From the NCBI GenBank assembly GCA_051294375.1, contig CM119269.1:8691619-8755618 (forward strand): DNA of 64,000 nucleotides, written 5' to 3'. The position numbers and the translations under genes are program-made. Below the pieces are notes generated by a model. That model saw only the letters and a list, made by a program, of their open reading frames with translations. It had not been told where the DNA came from and did not search any database. The DNA is from Paraspadella gotoi (taxonomy: Eukaryota > Animalia > Chaetognatha). Of the stretch, positions 26,006 to 41,007 are shown piece by piece. Positions within the stretch are counted from its first letter, which is position 1, and each line of letters starts with the position of its first letter.

Positions 26006-26878
26006 GAGAATTGTTTCTTCCATTAAAGGAAAAACATTTGAATTTTCCTTCTTCTTCTTTTAATTTTCTCTTTCTTTTTTTGTTATCGGTTTTAGTTGTC
26101 ATTTTTTTCCTTTTTCTCTTTCGCCTCAAAGGAGTCTATTTTATTTCTTTCTCATCAAATCGTGAGATTTTCGAGAAAAAAAAAAAGAAAAGAGAAAAAG
26201 AAAAGAAAAAAGAGGGAAAAAAAAGAGAAGATATAGGATTGAAAGAGAAAAATTGCGCGCCTCTCTAGAGATGGAGCGGCGGCTGGGAATTCGCATTGTC
26301 AAGTTTCGTTTGTGTTTGTTGCTGTTGTTGTTGTCGTTGTTGTTGTTTTGGGTAGCGACTCTCGGTTTTCCGAAGTAAAAGTGACGCATATCAGAAATTA
26401 TTAGGAGACGAAGGCAACATTTTTTTTCTCCGCGCGGATCAGACTGTTCGAAAGAGTCTCGCTTTTTATACGAGCCGGACCGCCCATCGGAAAGGTTTCG
26501 CGTTCGAGTCCGGCTCAGTCTCTCATATTGAGAACTGTATTCACTCACATCTCAGATTTGTATAAAAAAGAAGGGGGAGTTAGCCTGCGGATAGGCGTTG
26601 ACGGTTTGTGCGACTGTCACAACGCCTTAGAAAATCAGATGGTAGATTGGAGACCAATAAATCTAATTATTCTTATTAATTCGAGCCATCCTTGTCTTTC
26701 CCCCTAAGGTAACATAAAACGAGATAAAAATATGTTACAACAATGAGCTCTCAGGCTCCATTCGTTGTAAATTTCAAGTTAAAATCGAGGTTCCAATGTT
26801 TCAACCATCGAAATTTCCCATTTTCAAGATTGTGCCCATTGGTATTTGTTATTTTTATGGTTATCGCGGTGAGGAAGG

Positions 26879-26926
<48 letters not shown>

Positions 26927-27189
26927 AGAGAGAGAGAGAGAGGAGAGAGAAACGTAATGTGTTTATAATAGTGTAATGTTTAAATATTGTAAATTTGGGT
27001 AAGATCCAAAATGAAAACTGCAGGGCAGAAAGTGGGTGGGTGGGTTTCCAAAACACTAAACTTATTAATGTCAGTCGGCATTAGAAATTAAACCAGGTAC
27101 AATAAAAAGCAGTTAATAGCAGTAAAAACCGGAAAGGCCAGTGAGGTCTGCTCGATGATCCGATTCAAACCGGGAGAGACTTCGATTAA

Positions 27190-27266
<77 letters not shown>

Positions 27267-28833
27267 CAAAAAGGCAAAACGTTGGGGGTGAGAGGAGACT
27301 GGGGAGATGGACGAGAAGAGAGGCCTTTGGGGGTGGTAGGAGGCGCGGGGTGAGCAAGGAACGATGGGGGCGTGACGGTATCCGACCCCAGCGCCCCTTT
27401 CGGGTCAACCCGGAAATGGCGCCTCCGGGAGAAAGCGATAACGACGAAGGCGCGAGGGAAAAAATGGTGGAAAGGAAAAAAAGGAAGATAAAATGAAAAT
27501 AAAAAAGGAAAAAAATAAAATGAAGCCAAAAAAGGTAGAAATAAACGAGAAATGATGAGAAAAAAGAAAAAAAAATAGGAAAATGAAGTCAAATATTTGA
27601 AAATAAAGTAAAAATGAAGAAAAATATTAAAATAAAATAAAAATGATGTAAAAAAAGTTAAAAGAAAATAAATTCAAAATGGACTGCGGGAAAAAATGGG
27701 GGGGGGGAATGGAAACGTGCAGCAAGTAAATAGCTAATCGCGTAACCAACGAAGCGGGAAAAAAAAAGAACAAATAAAATTAAAAAATGCAGAATTAAAA
27801 AAAAAGGAAAAGAAGAAATAAAAGGAAAGTCACGCGGCGAAAGAGAGTTAATGAAAACTCATAATAACAAAAGAGCAGGGATAATAATAAACGAAGAGTT
27901 TAAAATTAAAAAAATACGAAAACGGAAAATATTGAACGAATTAAATTAATAAATCAAATCCGGAGGCGAAGGAACAAATTTGAAAGAGAGAGAGAGAGCG
28001 GAATACAAATTCTAACTTTAGATTTACTTAAATAAAAATTAATAAACGAATAAAATAAATGCCTTTAGGAGGAAAAGAGGCTCGCATTTAAGGATTATTA
28101 ATGCTTCAATATGAAATAGGAGAAATCTAGAGTCCATTATTCGGTGAAGGATCGAAACAGATTTGAGTCAACGTTCCCTTAAGTATCGTAACAAATGGTT
28201 TGTTGTAGCTGGAGATGAATTAACGATAATAGTTAACGACAATTGTTTTTTTTTATCTCCCTTTTACGACCCTTTTAAGAGGGAAATAAAAAAAATATTT
28301 ATTGATAAGAAAGCCAATTCAACGTCAACTCGACTTGATTGAAAGCTTGCTAGTATTTTCTTGTAAGGCGAGATAGCTTATTCATATTATTTATATTAGA
28401 TGTACCCTTTTGATAAATTTTAATACAACTTTAAACATAAACCCTATCTAAATCTATCTTTTACTACCGTATAAAATGAGTTTGGACAGGTTATGATGGG
28501 TTAAGACTTCAAACCCACATTCCTCTTAGAAGATAATAACATAAAAAGACACTGCAAGTTTTTAATAAAGACTTTCACAGAGTCTAGTTAATCGCAGTTT
28601 TGCTTCCTTAACATTGAAGTGATGTGATATTATTTAAACTGTCTCAATTGGCTAAAAGTGATTCTTACAACAAAGGCGAAAGTACACAACACTTTGAATG
28701 CGGATCATAAAAGATGCGCAATGTTAGTTTGGTTTTTAAGCTTCGGTTTTTGGCTGAAGAGAACAGTAACAAGGAAGGCTCACTGAAATAGACAAATGCG
28801 TTTCCCTTGAGCCACTTAAAACGGAGAGGAAAA

Positions 28834-28900
<67 letters not shown>

Positions 28901-29014
28901 TGGCCTTTAGTTTTAAGGGTAACTAATTATTTTGGGGTGGAATTAGAGATTTCTGGGCTATAAAATTTGAAAGATACTTAAATGGAAGTGATAATGACAA
29001 AGTATTGACTGCAC

Positions 29015-29125
29015 AGAAGTGGCAGAGTACTGTGGGCGAGGAAGTAGCAGAGTAGTAGTGTGGGCGCTGTACTGGCAGAGTAGTATTGTGGGCGCGGCAT
29101 TAGCAGACTAGTAATGTAGGGGAAG
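29015..29125. repeat. ~28-bp minisatellite, about 4 copies
   Basis: Repeated gcagagtagta(g/t)tgtgggcg units. Confidence 0.7.
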
Positions 29126-30945
29126 CAAGGGCGGCGTGGAGGAAATAAGACGTCAGTGATTTCATAAACGATTTTCCCTAGAAAACATTAACGAAAAAAA
29201 ATTGAAGAGAGAGAGAGAGNNNNNNNNNNNNNNNNNNNNNNNNNTTGTTTTTGCCAAAGATCAGAATATTAAACAAATTAATAGAGACAGTTATTTATAC
29301 AATATCAAAAAATGAGTCCCGATTCATGTTGCCGCAAACACAAAAAGGATCAATCGTCCATTCTATGTATTTGCTTTCAAATTTAGTAATATTTATTAGA
29401 TCGTATTTAATTTTCTTCCTGATCATTCAAGCATAATATACTTAAATCATTGATTCTGATATTGTGTTACGCCGGTCATGACTTGACACGACCGTGGCCG
29501 TCGGACCGACGACGGGAGAGATCGGAGTCGTGCCTCGCCCGTTTCACGAGAAGAGAATGTGAAGAAGATCAGGATTATTTTTAACGTTTGAAACGTCGCG
29601 AGCGAGAGAATTGTCCCTCTCGAATACCCGGACGTTAAACGCTTTTAACTCAGCGTTGGTAGTTTAAATTTTAAGTGTTTTTAATCTCACGTTTTTAACC
29701 TTTTACCGTCGAAATTAAACTCATTAATTTCACCATCGTTTTTTATAACTCATTCTCATCGCATTTTATATTGTTGATAAATAAACTTACCAACCGTTCC
29801 AAAAAGTACAACGAATCGAGAGAGGCAGAAACATATTGAATGGATCCTTTTCACTTATCTATATTGTATATTACTGAGAATTTATCAAATTATTGACATT
29901 TAGCTTTCAGTTTTTAGCTTTTAACTTTTAGAATTTTATTTAATATTCGTTTCGTAGAAAAAAATATTTTCAAATATTATGATTATCAGTTTTATGTAAA
30001 AGTCTGTTATGAGTATATAGAGTAAGATTAGACTAACCACTAAAATTGCCCTGCTTTCCAAGCTTGTGTTCTAAAAATTTAAAATTTCCTGTTTTTGTTT
30101 TGTTTCTGAAAAAAAATTTTCTCTTTTAATACTATTACGCAACGAAACCGAAAGAATAAAACCAAAATTTCCTGTTAAGAATAGTTGACTAAAAATTACT
30201 TTAAAAAATATATATTTGGCTATAGAAAAATATTCATTAATGATTTTAAACTATTTTAATTTTTTTCTTTGCAATAATTTTTTAAAATATATTTTTTATT
30301 AATTATTATTATTATTAAATTATTAAATATTATTATAATAATATTATTTTAATTTTTGATAATATTAATATTAGTATTATTATTTTATTTAATATTTTAT
30401 TGGTTATTTTTATCTGAGTTATCAAGTTTTTCCATATTTACCTATAAGGACGTATAATGGTAACTTAAACGAATGAATTATACAATTTATAATACAATTT
30501 ATATTATATTATATGTAATAAGGAATTTAAGCAAGCAAAATAGTTAATATTTTATTTTATGCAAAAATCTTTTGAATTCCTAATTTTGGTAAGAAAAAAG
30601 TATTCAAGCTCTCATTTAATTGCTATTTTGTCTTATTTATATTAGTATAAATACTATAAACTATTTATATTTATAAAATATATATTCTAAAAAACTATAA
30701 TATTTAATTATTTATTATATTACAATAGTAAAACGTTTAAAAATTACGCGAATAAAGAGCGTCATTGTTATCTGACAGATTCGATCGTAAGCTAATTTGC
30801 ATAATTTAGGAGCCAGATAAAAATCGACCGGGATCTCTCATGTTGAGAATTTCAAATCGAATAAAAGGTGTTTTAAATTAAAGTATATATGTGTGTGATC
30901 ACTTGTGTGAACGTTTTTGAAAATCTGAATCCATCTGATACACTA

Positions 30946-31200
30946 ACAACAGAAGATTCAGATAATCAGCTGATACAGCGGATACAGTTGATAATAAAGC
31001 TTAAAACATATGTATCAAAAAGTCTATTTCTTACCATTTTTTTTAAGAGTTGGCAGTATTACTGAAATTTTTTTTTAAATGTTTAGAAAATTCATATGAT
31101 GTATGAGCATCTTTTACACAATACTCGTTTTTTTTATTAAAAAAAAATTTAAATATGGCAAGATAGTGATACCGCCCATGGTTCCCATATTCTCTCCCCC

Positions 31201-31286
<86 letters not shown>

Positions 31287-31547
31287 GGGGGAGAGAATAT
31301 GGGAACCATGGGCGGTATCACTATCTTGCCATATTTAAATTTTTTTTTAAATAAAAAAAACGAGTATTGTGTAAAAGATGCTCATACATCATATGAATTT
31401 TCTAAACATTTAAAAAAAAAAATTTCAGTAATACTGCTAACTCTTAAAAAAAAATGGTAAGAAATAGACTTTTTGATACATATGTTTTAAAGCTTTATTA
31501 TCAACTGTATCCGCTGTATCAGCTGTATTATCTGAATCTTCTGTTGT
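30946..31547. repeat. ~600-bp near-perfect palindrome centred on (CT)n/(AG)n at ~31250
   Basis: acaacagaagattcagataat...gataccgcccatggttcccatattctctccccccagt(ct)n is followed by its reverse complement with almost no spacer. Confidence 0.9.
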
Positions 31548-34500
31548 GTATGTATCTCTCATAATGGGTGTATCAGCAGTATCAACTATAGAGAAAGAGA
31601 AATTGTGACAGAGAGTGAGAGAAAGAAAGTGAGAAAGGGGTTCGGGCGTGGGTCCGGGGCGCAAGGGGAGGGCAGCGGAGGTGCTGTGCCCGGGAATGCC
31701 AGAGAGTATTGTGCTCGGCGTGGCGGGGGTTGCTGGGTCATCTGGAGTCCGCGACTCCGGGGGGAGTTTATGGCTGGCGAGTTCGAAGGAGCGGGCCTGG
31801 GGAGGGGGAAGGGGGGCTGCGAGGGGGCTTGGCAGCGGGGGCTTTGGGTAGGGCCGTGGGTTTTCAAAGCCTTTCGGTGAAAGCTCACGGTATCGGTCAG
31901 CAAGCTCGTTCTATCTGCAAAGTGAGACGAGGATTCGGTTTGTGTTTTTTCTGTTCTTGATGGTTAAGTTAATGATGTGTATATTATTGTTAACATTAGA
32001 AGTAAAGAGTAAGAGTTGATTTAACAAGTCATAACGTGAGAGCGTTATAGCATATAAGAGTGTTATATATGTATAAAACTATGATATTACAGGAGATGCT
32101 CTATATCGCGAGTGATGTGAGTAACTTTATATTTCTATAGAGTCTATATTTAAAATAACAAAACAATGTGAGGAGAGAGAGAGTGTGCGAGTGGAATTAA
32201 TTTATTATTTGTTTGTAATGATGAGAATTAAAAATCAATATTTCCTTTTTCACGTTTAACATCTAAAAAAAATATTATACAAAAGTTAAAAAAATAAAAT
32301 AAGAATATATATCCCACAAGTGAACTCTTATTTCACTGTGGCTCTTCGCTTCATTTTCTAGATAGAAATATCTTTTAAAATCCTAATCGTATATAGACAT
32401 AGTGTCTCACAGGCTATCACGTCAGTACACGTGTATAACATACGTCGTACACTGATTATTCATAAGCTCTGGAGTACGTACGTCTCCGATAGGCATGTTA
32501 TTAACTCTTACGATTATAATCAATATTTCAACAACTTTCGCCTATCTAAGCATTTCAGAAGAAACTAATCTTAAACCTGCCTGAATCGTCTATCATCGTA
32601 CAGGTCCGTTATTCATCGGATCGCCTTACTGCATCGTCGTCGTTATCATCGTCCGGCTCTCGTAGGCGTTTCCTTCCATTATATCATGTTTCCCGTTCGC
32701 AGTCTCCACTGTTTTTTTTCAGTGTTTTTCCATACATTAGACTCTGTGAAAGGAGGGAGTCTACAATAAATGTCGTATAACTTTTCTCTGTTAACAGCTG
32801 CTTTTACCTCTCTCTCTCGTCTCTCTCTCTCTCTCTCTGCTGTCTCCTCCTCTCTCTCTCATCCATCTCTTTCTCTCTCCTGTGTGCTCTCTCTACTACT
32901 TGGTCTATCATGCAGTTGAATCTCTCTTCCCTACCGACCCCGTGCGGCATGACATACAACCTCATTGTCTGAGAGATATCGCGGATATGAATAATCATTA
33001 TGAATGTCGACCATGTGGTGTGTGAGTGTCTTTGTCAGAAGAGCCACCTTCAAAGAGTCGGCTTAAAGTAGCCCTGCCAGGCTTGCCAAGTGCGCAATCG
33101 CGTTCACAGTACCCTATAATAGCGGGGCCTATGATGTTTGACACATTGCGTAGGTTCTCCTTGATCGTCGAAGAACGCGGAAGTCTGCCGCGTCGTTTTA
33201 TAGTCTTGTCCTTCATTATACTCCATGGTTAGTGTAGTATGTCTTAATTAATTACGAGTCGTGTCGAGTGTGAGTTGTACGGAAGAGATGATAACGTACC
33301 AGAATTTGTGAAGGATGAAGTGTGAAAGAAGACAAAGGTATAGGTCTGTATGGTAGTGAGATTTGCGTCTAGTATGACGCAAACGGGTAGATAATTGAAT
33401 ATTGAGTTAGTTAGTGTGGTCTGTGGTTATCTGAATTTTACATAAGAGTAGATAATACTAAGTGAGCCATATGTTATGTTTATTAGGAATAATAAGTAAA
33501 TTTCTAAAATAAGTGGGTGTCTTAGACATTGAGATTTTGGTGCTCTTATAGTTTTTTTCTTTGATACATCGCTCTATTATTTGGTATGTTGTATCGTCCC
33601 TCTCTCTTTGTAAAAAAATCGGGTAAACTATTTTGTGTACTGTGTCGACGAAGTGGTACGTTCAAGTGAAGAGATCATTTTTCATGTGTGTGTGTGTGCG
33701 CTGCGATAGCTAGGGCACGCTGTCATCGTCTCATCTTCTTCGAGTTCTCTCTTCTGGGCGCTGTATCTTGCTAGCTTCCTTCAAGTATTGCTCGGGTCTC
33801 TCAGTCAATCCGTGCTCGTATCGTGGTGCTCTCGTCCGTGTCTCTCATTTCGTTCTATCAGGGAGGATCATAGCGTGCACATCGGCTTCTCGTTGACGGA
33901 GTAACGTTCCGGGGGGGGCTCGCGTGGGTTCTGGTGCGATCGTCCGCGTCGTGGTGGGTGGGCGTACTTGTTGGTCGGGTTTCATTGGTCGGAGGGTTTG
34001 GTTCTTTGTGGGTCGTTTTGTTCTCGTCGGCATGGGGGTGGCGTAGGAGAGGAGATTAGGGCTGTTGAGAGGGAGCTCAGGAGGGGTTACTGGGTGAGGT
34101 GCTGTCGATGCGGGTTCGCGGGGGGTTCTCCGGTTCGTCGGGTTCGTGGATGTCCATGGGAGCGAGGCGGCAATTTTTAGCAAGCGATGACCTACGTAGA
34201 ATTGTTAGGGGAAGCAAAGGGGCGCCGAGACGTTTGGCAGTTTCTGTCGTCAAAAAACCATAACAACAATATCATTACCTCCGGATCAGATTAAGCAATT
34301 CAGACGTTTCCAGATGATTTCCTTGCTCATAAAACTCCGGATCTTCCTTCCCCCTCTGCGATCACAAACTCTTAAAACGGAAAAGACAAAATTATCTAAA
34401 TATTCTGATAACGGATGAGTTCAGAAGGCTCAGTCGACATGACTTGATCGGTAAGAATACGTCAACAAAAAAAGTCATCATAGAGAGAGCAGAGTAAAAG

Positions 34501-35091
34501 ATCGTTCCTCTTTTCATCTTTCCTTACCTAGAGTCAGATGAGAGAGTCGATCGACGAGTTCTATTAGTCATCTCTGCAGAGTGAGCAGAGACTGTGCGTG
34601 CGTGACGATGCAGACATCCATTCGGTAATCTACCCATCGGGCCGGTTATCATACCTTGAACCGAATATCTTGATTCTATTTGTCCTCTACGCTTACGTTT
34701 TTAACCTTCCATATTATTATTATCTTCTGTCGACTTTTATTTCCAGCGGTTGGGGTGGTAAATTGCCATTATTGCATTTTATTTATTTAGGGTTATGTCT
34801 TTTATGGGTAGTAGGTTTTGGATAACTTGTTTAGCTTTAGTTATCCCTGTAATGCTGTTAGCCATTGTAATTATCGTGAATCTCGTTGTGTATGTTTTTG
34901 GGTGTTAGTAAACCTATAGGGGTTGTGAACTAAGTGAGGAGAGGAAGGTAGAGTGAGAGAAGGGAGAGAGGAGAAGAGAAAGAGAAGAGAGAGAGAGAGG
35001 AGAGAGAAGAGTAAAGTAAAGAGAAGGATAGAGAGAGGAGAGAGAGAGAGAGATGATGAGAAGAGGNNNNNNNNNNNNNNNNNNNNNNNNN

Positions 35092-35128
<37 letters not shown>

Positions 35129-35827
35129 CTTCAGGCCCAAGATTCCATGATTCGCATCATTAATTATTTAAAAAATGTTTCTTTTCTTCGAATAAATTTG
35201 TTCTCATTCTCCTTCGTTCTGTTGTTGTTGTTGTCGTTGTTGTTGTCGTTTATATCGGAAAAACTAAGAAGACGACGACAACAACGACGATGAAATTGAC
35301 GTCGACGATGACGAAGATGACGAGGATGATGCATATACGGATGAAGTCGAAGACGACGACGAAAACGACGACGACGACTACGACGACAGAAGAAACAAAT
35401 TTCTTGTTCCCAGTTTTTTAACTGCGCAGAGAAAGATGCCAACCTCTNNNNNNNNNNNNNNNNNNNNNNNNNNNNNNNNNNNNNNNNNNNNNNNNNNNNN
35501 NNNNNNNNNNNNNNNNNNNNNNNNNNNNNNNNNNNNNNNNNNNNNNNNNNNNNNNNNNNNNNNNNNNNNNNNNNNNNNNNNNNNNNNNNNNNNNNNNNNN
35601 NNNNNNNNNNNNNNNNNNNNNNNNNNNNNNNNNNNNNNNNNNNNNNNNNNNNNNNNNNNNNNNNNNNNNNNNNNNNNNNNNNNNNNNNNNNNNNNNNNNN
35701 NNNNNNNNNNNNNNNNNNNNNNNNNNNNNNNNNNNNNNNNNNNNNNNNNNNNNNNNNNNNNNNNNNNNNNNNNNNNNNNNNNNNNNNNNNNNNNNNNNNN
35801 NNNNNNNNNNNNNNNNNNNNNNNNNNN

Positions 35828-35860
<33 letters not shown>

Positions 35861-37763
35861 TTTCTTTACTTATCTCTGGGTTGTATGCATCCCTGGTTTT
35901 GAACCGAACATCCTTCATCATTTTTCCGACTGACTGACCAGATCAGTTTTCTTTTTATTTCCTTTTCTTTTTCAATAATGAAATGATAGCTTTAACAGGA
36001 AACGATTTACAATAATTATCATTAAATTAGCCGTTTTTGATTTTTTTTTATTTGGAAAAGAAAATTCACTTTTTTTTGTTAATTCAAAATTTTTTCTTGT
36101 ATTATTATCAATTTAATCGTAAATTTAACGTGAAATTTATAAATAAAATACGTGAAAAGAATAAAATTGATCAGTTTCATATTTAAAATGAAAGCGATAA
36201 CTTACTCCAGATTCTTTCTTAATAATCACATTTCCTAAGAACGCCCCATTGATTCTGTTATCAGTTTCGAATATAAATTACAATAATTGAGTCTATTAAA
36301 CCCGTTGATATCTCTTCCACTGGTTGTTCAAAGTTCACGTGCCAAACGTTTCGAGCCGAGAAAAACGAATCAAACAAAACAAAACAAAACAAACAAACAA
36401 AAACAAACGAACAAAAAAAAAAACTAGTCGATGAATTATGTATTGTTTCGACGTGACTCGTAAACAATGACTCGAAAAACAAACGTGTAAATCACACACA
36501 AAAAAAACAACTCAAGAGCTCAGTTTTTACAGAGATGGAACAGTTGCCTCCCGGATGAGTAGCAAGCAGAGACGTATGAGAGCAGAGTAGACGCGATGTA
36601 CAGATCGAAAAGGCAGAGAGACGATAGAGAGAGCCGGGCCAAAATCCGTCCTCCTTACCTTGAAGCCAATTCAGCCAGAGATGGGAAGGAAGAAGGCAGG
36701 AACATGTATCCCGCTTATGACGGGCAAAGAGGAGGAGGAGAAGGAGGAGGAAGAGGAGGAAGAAGAGCATGCAAGTTTGGCATAGAAGGCACCAAATAAA
36801 TAAGTGGAGATAATAAAGAATACGTAAGGAAGAGAGGAAGAAGGAAGAAGAAAGGAGAAAATATAGGAAGTGAAGTTAGAGAAAGGAGAGGAAGAGGAGG
36901 AAAAAACAAAGGGAAGAAAGGGAACTGTCTCGTAAGAGGATCAGAATATTGATGAATGCCTTCCATTGTTGCCATGCCCCCATGCCTCAATGTCTTCTCC
37001 AGGATGAAAATGAATTTCCCAGGATTCGACGTCTTGAAACGAAAGGAGAGAAAAATCTCGAGCGATGAGAGAACGGGGTTCATTTTGGGGATGGATGGAT
37101 GGATGGATTGATGGATGGACGAACGGATAGTTAGATAGATAGGTGGATAGATAGATAGAAAGATGAATTGATAGAGATTAAAAGAGAGAGATTTTTGGAT
37201 TCCAACCTCTATTTAATCCACGCTTGTCGGTCCGTCCGGTTTCCTCCTAAAAATATTGACGGTAATCATTTAGAACATCAAATTATGATAAATTATGTCA
37301 AAAAAAATATTCATGTCCGTCCGTCCTTCTGTGCGTCCGTCCGTACAAGCAAGTGCAACGACGGACAGATGGAAAGCATCATTTTTTTGGTATAATTTAT
37401 TCATATTCGATGTCTGATATGATAAAAATGATTTACACGACAAGAATTTTGGGTGGGATCGACGGAACGGCCGACAAAGTGAATCTGCGATAAGCAGATC
37501 CGACTTAAACACTGAGCTCCAAGATCGAAGTCAAGTTTTCCTCCGATAAATATCTCACATTCACACAATTCATAGTTTCACCATCGCTCCCATCGGCAAT
37601 TCCTTTCACAGCTCGTGCCGCTCGATTCACGGCGAGAAAAAGGCGCAGGACGGCGTCTCGAGCTTGTTATATGTCCACGTGATCATATTTTCCTCATTTG
37701 TATGAAAACGATTTGTTCCTTAATGTCGGAATTTCTTACCTTTTCTCTTTTTCGCTTTTAGTG

Positions 37764-38084
37764 TTTAGTTGCGCGCGCGAGTGCTCGCAGGAGCAACTCG
37801 CATAAGTCACTTTTTTTGTCGGTCTGTCTGTTCGTCGGTCAGTCCGCCACCTTACGTTAAAATAATTGGTTGCTCATTTGTTAAGAACAGAAAAAAAAAC
37901 CAAAATCCAAGGGACTGCTGCGGCCGCCTTCAGAATTCCTAAAACTAATGGAAAAAATATGGAATTTGAGTGCAAAAAAAGATGGAATTTGCATGGTGCA
38001 TCAAATACACAGGAAAAAAGGGAAATACACCTGAAAATAAAGTCACTGCGGCGGGCAACACATTGGAATTACCGTTCTTATTTT
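37764..38084 (+). mobile_element. Helentron-associated non-autonomous element (HINE/DINE-1-like architecture)
   Basis: T-run, 5' subterminal repeat with hairpin tagttgcg(c)cgcgagtgctcgcggagcaac, GTCY microsatellite (gtcggtctgtctg), 3' subterminal inverted copy cactcgcggagcaac (clearer at 40181-40195), short 3' hairpin and T-run. Confidence 0.55.
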
Positions 38085-38749
38085 GTTACGTTTTATATTT
38101 ATATAATCTTTTTTGTGGTTTTCTTGTATAGGTTCACAGAATGCCCCATTTTATCATTAAATTTTGAATTAAATAAATTTATTTTTGTTAAAGATTGAAT
38201 AGAAGTTAGTGAAGGATTAGGTAAGAGATTAGGTTAGTGAGTTAAACGTTTAAGTTTTGAATGATTAAGGTTATGTAATTGGTTTTTGATCAAGGTTATG
38301 GAAAAAATAGAGCTAGTAAAATAATCATAATAAACATATGAACTGAAATTTTATTTCATAAATGGCGAATTAATTTTCGCTGGCGAGGAAAAAAAAAATC
38401 CGGTTTATGCGAAATTAATGAAATCCCTTGTGATTATATTTTGGGGAAGGTGATTCTTTTCAGCAATGATCCCTCTGGGTAAGGATTAAATCGACGAAGA
38501 AATTAATGGCGAGAGGTGGGGGAATTTGCATGAGGAGGAGGGGGAAGAGGAGGAGGAGGAGGAGGAGAAAAGCCTTCTTTCCTCGATAGTTCATTTCCTT
38601 ATAAAGAAATTTTTTTTAGCCTCGAAAACGAAACGCGAAAAAATTCGTATGTGTTGGTTTGCTGTCGGCTGTTCAGGGTAAAAGTGACCGGGAAGAGTCG
38701 GAATTTTGGATTTAGGAGGATGAGCGATTTTTTGACTAATTCGTGATGC

Positions 38750-39900
38750 CGATCTATCTATGCTGAAACTACTTATCACTAGTGCTAATCTATCTATCTA
38801 TCTATCTAGTCATATCAATATCTATTGCTACTATTTCTACTATCTCTATCTATGACTATCCTATTTTATACTATCTATCTCTCATCTATCTAATGCATTG
38901 TAATCTATTATCTATTTTATCCTATCTATCTATCTATCTATCTATCTATCGTATCATCTTCTATATAAATTATATTATGATCTACTATCCTGATTTAGCA
39001 TCCAATCATCTATCCTCATCTTCTATGCGTAATCTATCTACTACTCTATCTATCTAACGTAAATGATCTATTTATGCTATCTATCTATCTATCTATCTTA
39101 TCTATGCTATCTACGTAAATATCTTATTTATCTTATGCTGATCTAATCTATCTATCTATTCTACTCTTTCTATCTATCCTATCTATCTATACTATCTATC
39201 TCATCTATCTATCTATACTATCTATCATACAGTAAATATCTATTTATCTTATCTTATCATATCTATCTATCTATCTATCTATGCTAATCTATCACTATCT
39301 ATCTATCTATCTATCTATCTACTCTATCTACTAATCTATCTATGCATATGCTATCTAATCTATCTATCTATCTATGCTACGTAAATATCTATTATATGAC
39401 TATCCTTTATCTATCTATCTACTCTATCAGATCTACTCTATACTATCTATTCTATCTACTCTATCTAACAGTAAACTATCTATTTTTCATCTAATCTAAT
39501 CTTAGTCTATCTATCTATCTATCTTTCCTATCTATCTATCTACTCTATCTATCTATCTATCTATCTATCTAGTCTAATCTATCTATCTACGTAAATATCT
39601 CATTTAATGCTTATCTATACTATCTAATCTATCTACTCTAATCTAACCGTAAATATCTAAATTTATCTATCTAAGTATATTGCTATCTATCTATCTCTTC
39701 TATATCTATCTATCTACTCTCATGCTATACTATCTACTCTATCTACTCTAATCTATCTATACTAATCTATCTATCTATCTATGCTACGTAAATATGCTAT
39801 TTATGCTATCTATACGATCTATCGTCATCGCTATCTATCTATCTACTCTATTCTAATCTATGCTAATCTATGGCTGTCTATGCTATGGTAGATGTATCTA
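38750..39900. repeat. Degenerate (TATC)n array with interspersed acgtaaatatc units
   Basis: Seen directly; random single-base insertions suggest noisy long-read consensus. Confidence 0.9.
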
Positions 39901-40931
39901 CCTAGATCAAACCTATTGTGTAAGTCAAGTACTACATCTCTATGNNNNNNNNNNNNNNNNNNNNNNNNNTCGGTCGGTCTGTCTGTCGTCGGTCAGTCCC
40001 ACTTACGTTAAAAATAGTTTGTTGCTTCATTGTTAAGACAGAAAAAAAAACCAAATCCAAGGGACTGCTAGCGCCGCCTTCAGGAATTCCTAAAACTATA
40101 AGGAAAAAAAGATTGGAATTTGATGCAGTGCATGTCATAAATACACAGGAAAAAAAGGGAAATACACCTGAAAATAAAGTCACTCGCGGAGCAACACATT
40201 GGAATTACCGTTCTTATTTTGTTACGTTTTTATATTTATAATCATTTTGTGGTTTTCTTTGTATAGGTTCGGCCATTTTTTTCACAGAATGCCCCCATTT
40301 TATTCTAAATTTTGAATTAAATAAATTATTTTTGTTAAAGATTGAATTAGAAGTTAATGTGAAGGATTAGGTAAGAGATTAGGTTAGTGATTAAAGTTAA
40401 GTTTATGATTAAGGTTATGTAATTGGTTTTTGATCAAGGTTATGGAAAAAATAGAGCTAGTAAAATCAATCATTAAAACATTATGAACTGAAATTTTATT
40501 TTCATTGGCGAATTGATTTTCGCTGGACGAGGAAAAAAAAAATCCGGTTTATGCGAAATTAATGAAATCCACTGTGATATCATTTTTGGGGAAGGTGATT
40601 CTTTTCAGCCATGATCCTCTGGGTAAGGATTAAATCGACGAAGAAATTAATGGCGAGAGGTGGGGGAATTTGCATGAGGAGGAGGGGGAAGAGGAAGGAG
40701 GGGAGGAGAAAAGCCTTCTTTCCTCGATATTCATTTCTTTAAAAATTTTAGGCCTCGAAACGACAAAAAATCGTTGTGTTGTTGTTGTTGTCGCTGGTTA
40801 GGGTTAAAGTGACCGGGAAAGAGTGGATTTTTTGATTAGTGGACTGGTCGATTTTTGGATCTTCTTTCTACTATCTTGCACTACTATATACTATCTATCT
40901 ATCTACTCTATCTATCTATCTATCTATCTAC

Positions 40932-40962
<31 letters not shown>

Positions 40963-40963
40963 A

Positions 40964-41007
<44 letters not shown>

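Noticed and set aside
30773-30822. Sox/octamer/GATA motif cluster
   Set aside because: Short motifs in AT-rich DNA with no supporting context.
31550-35066. G-rich and random-looking tract with several ORFs
   Set aside because: Strand-skewed, motif-free and bounded by a palindrome and a 25-N gap; resembles low-quality long-read fill.
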